Notes under the pieces: generated by a model | Seen by the model: the letters and a program-made list of their open reading frames with translations, nothing else | The model's database searches: none | Told to the model about the DNA's origin: nothing | Shown: one piece after another, positions 55,801 through 63,422 of the stretch | Numbering within the stretch: the stretch's first letter is position 1 | How the letters are laid out: each line of letters opens with the position of its first letter | Translations under genes and position numbers: made by a program | From: Botryllus schlosseri | Lineage: Eukaryota | Direction: 5' to 3' | DNA length: 64,000 nt | Assembly: GCA_051294905.1 (NCBI GenBank) | Contig: CM119372.1 | Span: 3,412,001-3,476,000, forward strand

Positions 55801-58800
55801 GATCCCGTATCTGGGAATATTCGTGGTCATGTTTACGGACATCTTGAAGACATTTGCACAGTTTTTCTTCGTCTTTTTATTTTTCATTTTGGGATTCGCG
55901 TTCGCCTTCAACATTTTACTAGGAAACCAGGTAACGTTTTCGTAGCAGCTACACATGACTTGGCGATATCTATTAACCAAGTCAATCATAAACAGACACA
56001 TCATATATATTTATATATATCAGTGGGCATATATATAGCATAGGCGAATAAATGATATCCCAAAAGCCAGATTGCATATGCTGAGTATAATTACATAACA
56101 CCACTATAACTCAGCGACGTGTCACAACGAAATCGCAGACAGCTTGTCGTGCAAAGTCTCAAAATGAAAATAATAATAGCTACATAAGCATATTTACTAT
56201 TGCTAGGCCTACCATATGTCCTCTTTGAGGGCGAATTGTCCTCGTTTCGCAAGAAAAGCTAACGGTCCTCCGAAAACGATAAAGTGCCCAAATGTCCTTC
56301 AGGCGAGACAGCCTATTAGTTAGATCAGTTTCGAGCATCTTGACTGCTGTGTATAATTTCAATGATGTTTCGTGTAAACAATTTCACGAACTCGTTAAAA
56401 ATGATCATTCCTTATCGACGAAAGTTACGGGAACCGCGAAGTATTCGTGGGCTGAATCTGAAAAATTATTTTATTGTTTTTTGTCTGTATTTGTATTTAT
56501 TCATTTTCAAACTTCTGCCTGCAACTTTCAGAGAAATATATAGAAACAAACTAAAACGTAACAAGCCTAATTTCGTTTTACTTGCTGTCAAAAAAGATGT
56601 ACTTGTTTTGGATGAATCTTCAAATTTTAATTCGATCTATGACGTTCTCTTATAGTATGTATTTGCAACGTGGTACGATTCCATCATCAAAACCACCGTG
56701 ATGATGATCGGCGAATTGGACTACGGATCGATATTCTTCGGCGACAAGGAGGACAATGCTGGATATTTCGATAGCATTTATACGAAAACAGTCAGCTACG
56801 TGCTGTTCTATATCTTCCTCATCGTGATGACTATTATCATCATGAATTTGCTGGTAAGTCGCTTTCATAGCTATTACATAAGACTGTGGTCGATCTTCGC
56901 GTCCATGCGTTCTTTTTTAGGATGATTTATTCTCTTTTCCAGAGAAAAATGATTGGTCCTGCAAGTCCCTCAAAAATGCCCAAATGCCTACTTTTTTCGC
57001 GTTTTAAGTTAGTGACTTATATTTTCAACGAGACTTTTATCGAGACGTTGTATTCATTTCCAATAAATTACTGTAGCCATGAAACGTGCTGAATTGCTGG
57101 TTTACCAACAAATTACCCTACCAGCCATGCCTTCTTGATTGCTGTTGCAAACATTGTTCGACAATCTCTGTAACATCAGAGCCTTTTTACATGTAAGGAT
57201 CTGGCGCAATTTTTCTGGCGCAAGTTCGAACTTAACACGCTTATTGGTTGAATCATTTTCGAAGATCCTGACGGTTGTATATAATTTCAATGATATCCTG
57301 GGAGCAATTTCGCGAACTCGTTCAAATTATATTATCATTCTTTATCGGCAAAACGTTAAAGGGACCGCAAAGTATTCATGGGCTGAATCTGAAAATTAAA
57401 TTTGATTTGCTTTTGTGTGTGTTCTTGAAAAACTTTTGCTTGCCGCGTTTTTGTAACTTTTGCCTGCAACTGACAAGGAAACGTGGCATAGCAACAATTC
57501 TACTTTTTCTTTTTATTTACCGGCAAAATATAATGTCCTCTTTTTGGGTGCTGAAAATATGGTATGCCTAGCCAACAAGTTTAATCGTGGAATGCTTTCA
57601 ATAGGTCGGTTTGGCAGTGGGTGATATTATACAAGTTCAAGAACACGCAACTTTGGAAAGATTAGGCATGACGGTAAGTACCGATGAATTTGATTAGGAA
57701 AGGAAAGGACGTAGTTTATTTTTGTCCTTGATGTTTTCGCGGCATATACACCGACTCATTATACACATACACACGATCTGTGCATATGCATACCATGAGC
57801 TCTTGATGTGCATATGCCGCTGGACAAGGAAGTGCAGATCTAGCCTTTACGGCTTTCTAAGTCGTGCACCACCCCTCCATGCTATCCCTGTAATGCATGA
57901 GCGCCAAGCAGGGAAGCCATGGATACCAGTGTTACTAATCAGGTCTTTGGTCTGATCCGGCCGGGGATCGAACCCACGACCTACCGAACAAGAAGCCGGA
58001 CGCTTCACCATAACGCTATCTTGTCGGTAATTATTTCACCATTACGCAATTTATAAACGACAGGGTAGTAATAGACAGGCATTTCATTGAAACTTCAAGG
58101 AGTAGTTAAATTTCCGCAGAATTAGTATTTCTTCGATCAGTATTGATACTTGAAAATTGACTTGTGACTCCGGACCTTATTACTTGGTCACAACCCTGAA
58201 TATTACTAAAAATAATAACTACAGGTTGATCTCGCGCTTGACGTGGAATTCACCTTGCCGGAGTTCATCCGGAAGAAAGTCTGTCTCCGGAAGCAGACCA
58301 TCGAAGTGAACAAGTACCGGCGGGCGAACGCGTTCAAGAAATTCTTCTTCGAAGATTCCGATCTCACGGTGGAAAACATCAACAAGTCTCTGAACCGCGA
58401 GAAGGTAGAGAGACCTCTATGCTGCATGCAGAGTTTCCGAGAAGTTGCAATCAGTGATTTTCAGTGTTGGGATGACTCGAGTCATGACTTGACTCGAGTC
58501 AGACTCGAGTCACCTTTTTCGTATGACTTGACTTGACTCGAGTCACTTTGCTAAAATGACTTGACTTGACTTGACTCGGCGCATCAGAAATGTGGATTGA
58601 CTCGTGACTCGGAGCAAAATTCACAAGTCAATTTCAAGTCATCAAGTAATCGGTGTCGATTAAAATCACTGTATCTTGCACATGTTCGGATTGTTCGCAA
58701 AACGCTGATGTAACCCGTGAGAGCGACCAATCATCCAATGATCGTGCTTTCTACTGAGCCTCCATTGTTCTCTCACTAATAAATTGACCGCAAACGAAGT

Positions 58801-61800
58801 GATCGAAGCTTGCAGCTTACGTTGTCGTAAGCTATAGTAAAATAATTTAATGGAAACATGTCCATTCATGTTTTCTGTTCTCTGTTCTTACGTCAACCAA
58901 ACCTCTTGTGTTATTGAAATTGAATTCGAATAGTTTATATAGTCCTGAACCATTGGCGCAAGCAGGAATTGTATCATGTCATTTTGTAAATGGATAGGCC
59001 CTAATGTATTGCATCTTATCAATTCGTTTCTCAATTCTCTATTTTGACTGGTAACAATAATCTGAGGCTATGCAATTACTTACGTAGTTTAACAGTTCTA
59101 CGTATATGTGACCGATACAGCGACTTCTTGCAATGACGTAATCATGCCTCATACTTCGACAAGACAACTTGACTTGAATTGTGACTTGACTCGTGACTTG
59201 ACTTGACGTGACTCGACTTGACTCGAGTCACCTCCAAAAATCGAGTGACTTGACTTGACTCGAGTCACCTTCGAAAATCGATTGACTTGACTTGACTCGA
59301 GTCAAAATTTGCAATGACTCGAAATGACTCGTGGCTCGAAGGTAGTGACTTGATCCCAACACTGGTGATTTTAGAGTTTACGGTGCTCGCATTGTAAAAA
59401 GCTCATTCATAACATTAAATCTCGTGATTAAATCACTGCGTGTTGTCGACTATCTGCTTTTATTGTCTTGTTATACCTACATTCACGTATTCCGATAGAA
59501 AAATTTGAAATGTAGGAGTATGGCATCTGAGAGCATGCCTTTTTCAGATGTATATGATGTATATGATGTATCATGCATCCTGCTATTCATCCATGGTACA
59601 TTAATGACAAGAAATGCGATCACACATTAGGTCATCAACCACGGCGAAACAGCACTGAATAAGGAATTTATACAGCGAGTATTGCAAACCATCGTTATAA
59701 CTAATGTGACCTGAGTTATAGATACATTGATTTCGACTAAAAGAGTGCAGGTCCAGGCCCTCTGTCGAGCAAGAAATCAGACTTTCGGTCATAATAAGGT
59801 CATCATCGGGTTGACAATCTTCCGCACATTGCTATTAGTTGAATATCCTACTTGGCCAAGAGAGCTGGATGTACCTTTTTCGTACATGTAGAAGATGAAG
59901 TGTCCTACGTACGTTTTTGTGGATATTTGATTTCACTTCAATGAAACCATGCTGTGATTTTCTGATTGATTGTAGAGATTTCAATGCGTTTAGGGACGAC
60001 ACCGCGATTATAAGGACGAAAAAGTAAGGATCGTGAAAATGATTAAACCTAATCACGCCCGATCCCGCGATCGACAAATATATCTTGCATTGCGGTTGCG
60101 TTTTTAACGTTCTCTAATTGTGGTTGTGATTTTTTATGAGATCGGCCTGCTGATTATCGTGCTTGGGATGATACCTTATCGAACAAATATTCCATACAAT
60201 TTACTGCGTGCCTTGATCAGATTTGAATATTTTGATCAGATTTTATGCACGCTAGCCGTTATGACGGTGGTCACAATTAGTTATCAATAAGCCCATTCAC
60301 ATGGCCGTTTGGGTCAGCTTCGAAGCTGACTCGTCAATCCGACTCTCTCGTTTTTGAAAAAGAGAAAAAGGCAGACGGCTTCAATCCGTCTTGAGCTCAA
60401 TCCGTTCTGCAGAGTCGCTCGGAGACGGCTGGAATAGTAACGGTACTTGGGAACGAATCCAGACTGCAGCAACCCTCCAACATTTCATGTTCATATTTCA
60501 CGAAACCGGCACGTATTTCAACTGGGTGAATGTGAAAGCTCTATCAGTACATGATACTGCTTTTATAATATGCACGTGGTCTTATTTGTTCAGCGTCACA
60601 ACTTATGAAGCGGGTACAGCCAACAATATAACCGCCCAACTCACTATCAGAAAGAATATATACACGGTGTATTTGGTCATTCTAGAATTGTGTTAAAGTA
60701 TTTCTGGATATCTCAACTGCCGTAGCATATTCCCGAGCTCAATCCCAAAGTGCTGTGTATCACTCGAGATGCGATAAACATGACCATGTAAACTCGATCA
60801 CTTTGGCAAGCCGTCTCATGACGTCACTCCAAGACGACTTGGCTTCAACACGACTTGACCATGTAAATGGGCTTATTGGTACTTGAGCGGGCAAGTAACA
60901 ATTTCTAAAACATGCCGTACATACTTCAATGGAAGTAGAAATGAAAGCCTGAAAAGTAGTTTCAAAAGGTGGATATGGTCGCACACTTTTACCAGACAAT
61001 CGAGAGTGACTTTGGAATATCAAGGCTCATCTTCGCAGCCAACATAAAATTATAAACAATACTACAAAATAGGTGCAATTTTCGAAAGCAATCTCAGCAC
61101 ACTTACCGTCCCTCGTGTCTGTCATCGACTGCATAGCACACCCAACGCAGTTTCCTAAACAAACAAGAACTTATGCGTGCGCTATTGTGGAGATAATCAT
61201 AATCAATCTTTGAGTTGTTTTCTCCGACTTCAAATTTATCAACATCAATCAGCTTGTACGCGTCAACATACACTCTGATCAGTGTGCTAACAAGCTTACA
61301 TTACTCTTCAAGAATCGGTTTAGGCGCTTCTGTATCAATATTTTTATCATTCAGGGCGAGCAAGACGAAATGCGGGACTCGCTAGACCGAGTTCTGACCG
61401 GAATGGGGCGGCTGCGAAACAGGCTGACGGACGTGATTGGAGAACAGTCAGAAGTGAAGATGGGTATTTTCGCGGTGCGCTCGCAAGTACGCGAGTCGAG
61501 GATGGAGAGCCAGAGCGCATCGAAGGTACAATGCCTCTATATTCTTAGCATTAGGCCTACTATAGTGTTGAATAATATATTGATATAAAATGAACCGGAA
61601 TATTATCGGCTGACACTCGTCAGGAGTAATCGTTAGCAACTAGTAGAGAATTGCAAAGAACGTTGTACATAGTATGGAACTCGGACTATAAGACGACATG
61701 ATTGGTGATTTTCGTGCATTCAAATAAAACTCCGTTTTTGGAATCAAGCATCAAGACAGATTGGTGAACCTAGAAAACTTTTTCATCTTTCCCGAATTAA

Positions 61801-63383
61801 ATTTCAATCAGCACAGTGTTTCTCAAATTGTGGGCGTGAAAGCATGTGCTGGGGCCGTGCAGTCTGCTGAGAGCAATCACGATTTATGAGCTCGGCATGA
61901 GTTTAATTTCAGAGTTCAGATTTCATTCTCGTGAGCACAAGAACGGCAAATGTCTGTACAGCAAGCTTGACTCGTTTCGCACCATACCGTTTTCCTGAAC
62001 CATTTTCAGGGGCACCAGAAATTCGATAAGAATTACAATTAGAACATAGAAACATTTAGAAATTAAATTAGAATTAAAGTAGGTAAAGTAGACATATAGA
62101 AATATCTAGCAATCCCAGTGTGTTCGGAATATAGGCCGACACAGTAGTTGAATTACGTGGTAAAAATTCGAACTGATTTTGCGAATTCCAACCTGTCTCG
62201 TATCAAGGGCGCTCTGCATCACCTTACTCATATGCAAATTTAATACAGTCGTTTATTCTGTCATAAAGTACCATAAGGTATTAACTTCAAGTTATGTGAG
62301 GGGTCGTAAAATCCAAATCAAAATGTTCGATTCCAATCCAAATCCATGCTCATCTCTGACATATGAACCTGCTAGGCAAAATCATATTACGTAAGGTAGT
62401 TCGGACCGCTCTGGTATACAGAATATTGTCCCTCATTTGAGTAAGGAAAATTTGGTTCCGCGAGTTACACTTGTAGCAGTGATGGATTGTTAAACTATGT
62501 ACTATATACTTGCTGATAACTATATACGATTTTTCGTATACAAAGTTCTATTCTCTACTATAGTTGCCGACAATTACCCCTGACGAGTGTCAGTCTGAAA
62601 TATTCTGGTTTATTTCGATATGAATATATTATTCAATTGTATATTGAAGTACTCTACCTCCAAGAGTGAGGCGCGCGTACAGCAGCGACTGTTACATAGG
62701 GTAACCATACGTCCTCCTTTACAAGGATTTGTACTACTTTTTCAGGTTTTTGAAACTGTCCTCCGAGGACGCCTAAATGTCCTCTTTTTTTGGCAATTCG
62801 TTCTCCTTTACAGCTTTTACAGCTAAGATAATGGACAAATTCGAGTGAAAATTGGCATAAATGACGTTAGATATAGCATAGACGGACGTTCGAGCGGGAA
62901 ATTCGTGGTTCGATCGAAAGTGGCGACCCTATTTTTAGTCGATACCACTAAATTTAAGTAAAAACTGTGTAAATTGGGAGTCGAACGAAAGTGATGACCC
63001 TTTTTTAGTCAACTCACCAAATTTTACCCCAAAAATAGCGAAACCGGCTGTTTTCAGTTTTGATCAACTAACTTTTTGATTTGGTAAAAGTGTTCTCCTT
63101 TCCCGATCACAAAATATGGTAACCCTATTGCTACACGATGCGCCTCGGCTAGAGAGAAATGCCCGTCTTTGACAACCATGTTTCCATTCTGCTCTAGGAA
63201 TTGAAAGAGTCGGTTCAGAAAACTCGGGAATATCTCGGCGGTCAATTGGGGGAAACCGGCGAAGGTCTCACCGCGCTCGCCAAAATTGAATCCAGCAACA
63301 CCCGCACGTCGATAGAAAACACTCGGGCCATGGTGCAGAGTCTTCACGATGAGTTGAACGATACCAGGAGCGTGATTTTGGAG
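16742..63383 (+). CDS. TRPA1: TRPA1-like transient receptor potential cation channel, spliced CDS of 26 exons (~1335 aa in window; 3' end may lie beyond the window)
   Basis: Exons join in frame through GT-AG introns with consistent phases (total 4005 nt). About 17 ankyrin repeats, TPMRKLIKKMP..YEFLDD linker, NHPLKIMV..REELLLHPVV..KW pre-S1, six TM helices, MMIGELDY filter, MNLLVGLAVGDI S6/TRP-like helix, coiled coil. Confidence 0.95.
17317..17412 (+). CDS. TRPA1: Candidate alternative first coding exon 1b (MELENIKEETDTGRPGARAVSKRDKHSVKIRQ; upstream in-frame ATG at 17302)
   Basis: ATG ORF ending cag|gtttgt, phase 0, in frame with exon 2 (VKIRQ|AAREGD). Its MELENI start resembles MEMENM in exon 1a. 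Confidence 0.5.
18312..19301. mobile_element. ~1-kb non-autonomous TIR element with GTGAACGCGAAC subterminal repeats
   Basis: TIR gggatggt..accatccc; gtgaac/gttcac motifs repeated at both ends. Confidence 0.65.
19318..19809 (+). mobile_element. MITE family C (tagggctgggc..gcccagcccta)
   Basis: Perfect TIR and perfect 8-bp TSD agtacggt. Confidence 0.92.
21366..21720 (+). mobile_element. MITE family D (cagacttggacaactag.., AATTAGAATT-rich)
   Basis: Shared core caagcttggct.gtttcgcacta.acagttc.cct.tagcattttcaggaaaacc seen in 10 or more copies across the window. Confidence 0.7.
21745..21919 (+). CDS. TRPA1: TRPA1-like exon 2 (ankyrin repeats 1-2)
   Basis: ttcgcag|gcg..gcaa|gtaag; AAREGDVAIIERL..DDNKLTPLHYAARY. 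Confidence 0.93.
21948..22770 (+). mobile_element. Family D MITE interrupted by another TIR element (~22307-22694, gcaacttttt repeats)
   Basis: Family D core to ~22305 resumes at ~22695; the insert has tagtatgag/tgtcacacta ends and duplicated attagaa flanks. Confidence 0.6.
22870..22961 (+). CDS. TRPA1: TRPA1-like exon 3
   Basis: ttgcag|at..gac|gtaag; PNLKAEDGATALHFLAKY; phase 1 to 0. Confidence 0.92.
24377..24574 (+). CDS. TRPA1: TRPA1-like exon 4
   Basis: tttcag|aac..gag|gtaaaa; LLVENGAQVNAKDTMGLTPLHHAC. Confidence 0.93.
25289..25447 (+). CDS. TRPA1: TRPA1-like exon 5 (absent from the ORF track)
   Basis: ctgcag|atg..aag|gtaaag; DNQGMTALHLACLYN..DKDQTTPLLLACAEG. Confidence 0.93.
27629..27734 (+). 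CDS. TRPA1: TRPA1-like exon 6
   Basis: ttttaag|att..acag|gtaata; IAELLLEKAEE..; phase 0 to 1 bridges exons 5 and 7. Confidence 0.88.
27970..28523 (+). mobile_element. MITE family A
   Basis: taggtttgcattt..aaatccgacccta; tgacaag near both flanks; homologous to 38484-39033. Confidence 0.75.
29378..29500 (+). CDS. TRPA1: TRPA1-like exon 7
   Basis: ttacag|cg..gccg|gtaag; DTDGEKNLPLHLAIENAHLELVEFC. Confidence 0.93.
29521..29558. repeat. Perfect 19-bp tandem duplication (atcgcttgcaatgtctcca)x2
   Basis: Directly visible 20 nt downstream of the exon 7 donor. Confidence 0.95.
29588..31640. repeat. Cluster of family D MITE copies and fragments in both orientations filling intron 7
   Basis: Reverse copies at ~29588-30210, ~30370-30600 and ~31340-31640; forward copy at ~30920-31320. 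Confidence 0.7.
31674..31875 (+). CDS. TRPA1: TRPA1-like exon 8
   Basis: tctcag|gt..gaa|gtgagt; ETCLHLAVLANN..ATPLFVASQFN. Confidence 0.93.
32780..32963 (+). CDS. TRPA1: TRPA1-like exon 9
   Basis: ttgcag|t..gcc|gtgagt; DFFTPLLMASKHGH..DKDDKTCIIWCAEEN. Confidence 0.93.
33234..33507 (+). mobile_element. tRNA-derived SINE family 1
   Basis: A box tagcgtagtgg, B box ggctcgagtcc, (caa)n tail, 11-bp TSD atactattact. Confidence 0.88.
35164..35271 (+). CDS. TRPA1: TRPA1-like exon 10
   Basis: tttcag|tta..aaa|gtaag; DRYNNTALHMASSKGHVNAVK. Confidence 0.92.
35911..36424 (-). mobile_element. MITE family C
   Basis: Perfect TIR, perfect 8-bp TSD gtcatgac; reverse complement of 19318-19809. Confidence 0.92.
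36717..36919 (+). CDS. TRPA1: TRPA1-like exon 11
   Basis: tcgcag|ttt..ac|gtgagt; RTTLHMAALNGN..LNAGDEDANAALHLAA. Confidence 0.93.
37081..37493 (+). mobile_element. MITE family D
   Basis: cagagttggacagctag..ctagttgtccacgtccg ends with family core. Confidence 0.75.
38030..38174 (+). CDS. TRPA1: TRPA1-like exon 12
   Basis: acgcag|a..aag|gtaact; RNAKQWTPLDSAAAAGW. Confidence 0.93.
38484..39033 (+). mobile_element. MITE family A
   Basis: tagggtcgcattt..aaatgcaactcta; partial TSD tgtat. Confidence 0.75.
39514..40052 (-). mobile_element. MITE family E (cagggttgtaa..ttacaaccctg, GACTCGAGTC-rich)
   Basis: Perfect 11-bp TIR; reverse homolog of 48720-49316; further fragments at ~40357-40520 and ~58150-58198. 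Confidence 0.85.
40667..40880 (+). CDS. TRPA1: TRPA1-like exon 13 (last ankyrin repeats)
   Basis: gtctag|gtc..aatg|gtacg; SPLHLACKNGH..GKNAMDFAID..WKDSLR. Confidence 0.93.
40891..41669 (+). mobile_element. Family D MITE with an expanded internal ~42-bp tandem array
   Basis: cagacttggac..gtccataaagtctg ends; about 11 units of aattagaattatagctacacagttt.. between ~40945 and 41410. Confidence 0.75.
41913..42028 (+). CDS. TRPA1: TRPA1-like exon 14 (linker domain)
   Basis: cgtag|gt..aag|gtatac; TTPMRKLIKKMPDLAEIVYNQC. Confidence 0.92.
42330..42590 (+). repeat. Degenerate fragment of the foldback element arm
   Basis: ggctgattcag..agtgtcattgataagcttt.. matches 13260-13520. Confidence 0.65.
43397..43522 (+). 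CDS. TRPA1: TRPA1-like exon 15 (3' end 43519 or 43522)
   Basis: ttacag|ctt; LYEFLDD motif; two in-frame donors, tac|gtggta and gtg|gtacat. Confidence 0.85.
45945..46037 (+). CDS. TRPA1: TRPA1-like exon 16
   Basis: ccacag|gtg..atg|gtaaag; LQKNHPLKIM. Confidence 0.92.
46587..47285. repeat. Diverged tandem duplication of a ~375-bp unit
   Basis: cagcacttcgtcagccccc at 46587 and 46962; tgcatatatattgctatcaat and gtagagct.agtga in both units. Confidence 0.85.
48054..48288 (+). CDS. TRPA1: TRPA1-like exon 17 (pre-S1 and S1)
   Basis: ttgcag|gtg..gcag|gtacg; REELLLHPVVTGLLNYKWRRFG followed by hydrophobic S1. Confidence 0.94.
48413..49506 (+). mobile_element. Old family C MITE split by a family E MITE
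   Basis: Family C left half 48413-48719 and right half 49317-49506. Confidence 0.7.
48720..49316 (+). mobile_element. MITE family E
   Basis: TIR cagggttgtaa/ttacaaccctg; perfect 8-bp TSD atgtttcg. Confidence 0.92.
49784..50150 (-). mobile_element. 3' end of a CR1/L2-group LINE (5' truncated)
   Basis: Minus strand encodes HIVDLPYHSFKKELFSHLISHYQ*, homologous to the end of the 54492 ORF; shares ggtgtgatcagactag; aataaa plus (ct)n tail. Confidence 0.75.
50456..50486 (+). CDS. TRPA1: TRPA1-like exon 18, 31-nt microexon in the S1-S2 loop
   Basis: ttttgcag|ag..ca|gtgagt; phase 1 to 2, which is what is needed to join exon 17 to exon 19. Confidence 0.8.
50615..51079 (+). mobile_element. MITE family D, best-preserved copy
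   Basis: TIR cagacttggacaa..ttgtccaagtctg; TSD atggccta/ctggctta (6/8). Confidence 0.85.
51274..51415 (+). CDS. TRPA1: TRPA1-like exon 19 (S2; absent from the ORF track)
   Basis: cctcag|g..gag|gtgatt; LRWAIFVFSAFNLLRE. Confidence 0.9.
51738..52132 (-). mobile_element. MITE family A, internally deleted
   Basis: gggttgattttaaaac..tttaaatgcaacccta; reverse homolog of 27970-28523. Confidence 0.7.
52775..53042 (-). mobile_element. tRNA-derived SINE family 1
   Basis: Reverse complement of 33234-33507 with A box and B box (gggttcgagtcc). Confidence 0.82.
53578..53793 (+). CDS. TRPA1: TRPA1-like exon 20 (S3 and S3-S4 loop)
   Basis: tgacag|ttt..cag|gtatgg; FFQLFNQRLRYVSEFTNFVEVSLYVLALLL. Confidence 0.93.
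54026..54272 (+). mobile_element. tRNA-derived SINE family 2 with LINE-like 3' tail
   Basis: A box tagtgtaatgg, B box ggtttcgattcc, then ggtcagaccaaagac core and (ct)n tail. Confidence 0.8.
54492..55530 (+). mobile_element. 5'-truncated CR1/L2-group (Crack/Daphne-like) LINE: C-terminal part of ORF2 (54492-55211) plus 3' UTR and (ct)n tail
   Basis: NKLSLNADKTE, SAKYL.VTID..MSWKQHI, IYFSLFHFHLQYGIVVWG, YSGPIIWN.LP motifs typical of the RT C-terminal region; aataaa then (ct)n. Confidence 0.9.
55730..55930 (+). CDS. TRPA1: TRPA1-like exon 21 (S4-S5)
   Basis: cttcag|gag..cag|gtaacg; WQSEVGAFAIFLAWMGLLLFIQKIPYLGIFVVMF..ILKTF. Confidence 0.95.
56204..57570 (+). repeat. Two direct copies of one TIR-element family flanking exon 22 (~56204-56620 and ~56900-57570)
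   Basis: Shared tataatttcaatgat..aagtattc.tgggctgaatctgaaaa; outer ends taggcctaccatat/atatggtatgccta. Confidence 0.7.
56656..56853 (+). CDS. TRPA1: TRPA1-like exon 22 (pore helix, selectivity filter, S6)
   Basis: ttatag|tat..ctg|gtaagt; IIKTTVMMIGELDY..IIIMNLL. Confidence 0.95.
57605..57673 (+). CDS. TRPA1: TRPA1-like exon 23 (S6 end, TRP-like helix)
   Basis: caatag|gtc..acg|gtaagt; VGLAVGDIIQVQEHATLERLGMT. Confidence 0.94.
57800..58028 (-). mobile_element. tRNA-derived SINE family 2
   Basis: Reverse strand reads tagcgttatgg..gggttcgatccc..cagaccaaagac..ggcttccctgcttggcgctca. Confidence 0.8.
58225..58404 (+). CDS. TRPA1: TRPA1-like exon 24
   Basis: ctacag|gtt..aag|gtagag; VDLALDVEFTLPEFIRKK. 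Confidence 0.92.
58462..59364. mobile_element. hAT-type non-autonomous element with GACTT/GACTC subterminal arrays
   Basis: TIR cagtgttgggat/atcccaacactg; perfect 8-bp TSD gtgatttt. Confidence 0.92.
60291..60872. mobile_element. PIF/Harbinger-like MITE
   Basis: TIR gcccattcacatgg/ccatgtaaatgggc flanked by taa/tta. Confidence 0.65.
61355..61525 (+). CDS. TRPA1: TRPA1-like exon 25 (C-terminal coiled coil)
   Basis: attcag|ggc..aag|gtacaa; phase 0-0, heptad-like MRDSLDRVLTGMGRLRNRLTDV, GC-rich like the other exons. Confidence 0.8.
62697..63127 (+). mobile_element. MITE family B
   Basis: tagggtaaccata..tatggtaacccta; TSD ctgttaca/ttgctaca (6/8). Confidence 0.8.
63198..63383 (+). CDS. TRPA1: TRPA1-like exon 26 (extended coiled coil; donor at 63384 or stop at 63387-63389)
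   Basis: ctctag|gaa..gag|gtatag; phase 0, helical heptads IENTRAMVQSLHDELNDTRSVI. Confidence 0.75.
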
Positions 63384-63422
63384 GTATAGGCTTTCTCGTG
63401 GATTAACATTTAATGTTATATG

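Noticed and set aside
58462..59364. GACTCGAGTC/GACTT arrays (also 39514-40052 and 48720-49316) as a CRISPR-like array
   Set aside because: No fixed repeat-spacer period and no cas genes; they are subterminal motifs of TIR elements with 8-bp TSDs in a eukaryotic intron.
59600..60080. Possible nested antisense gene or TE coding remnant in intron 24
   Set aside because: Only short ORFs with no recognisable domain.
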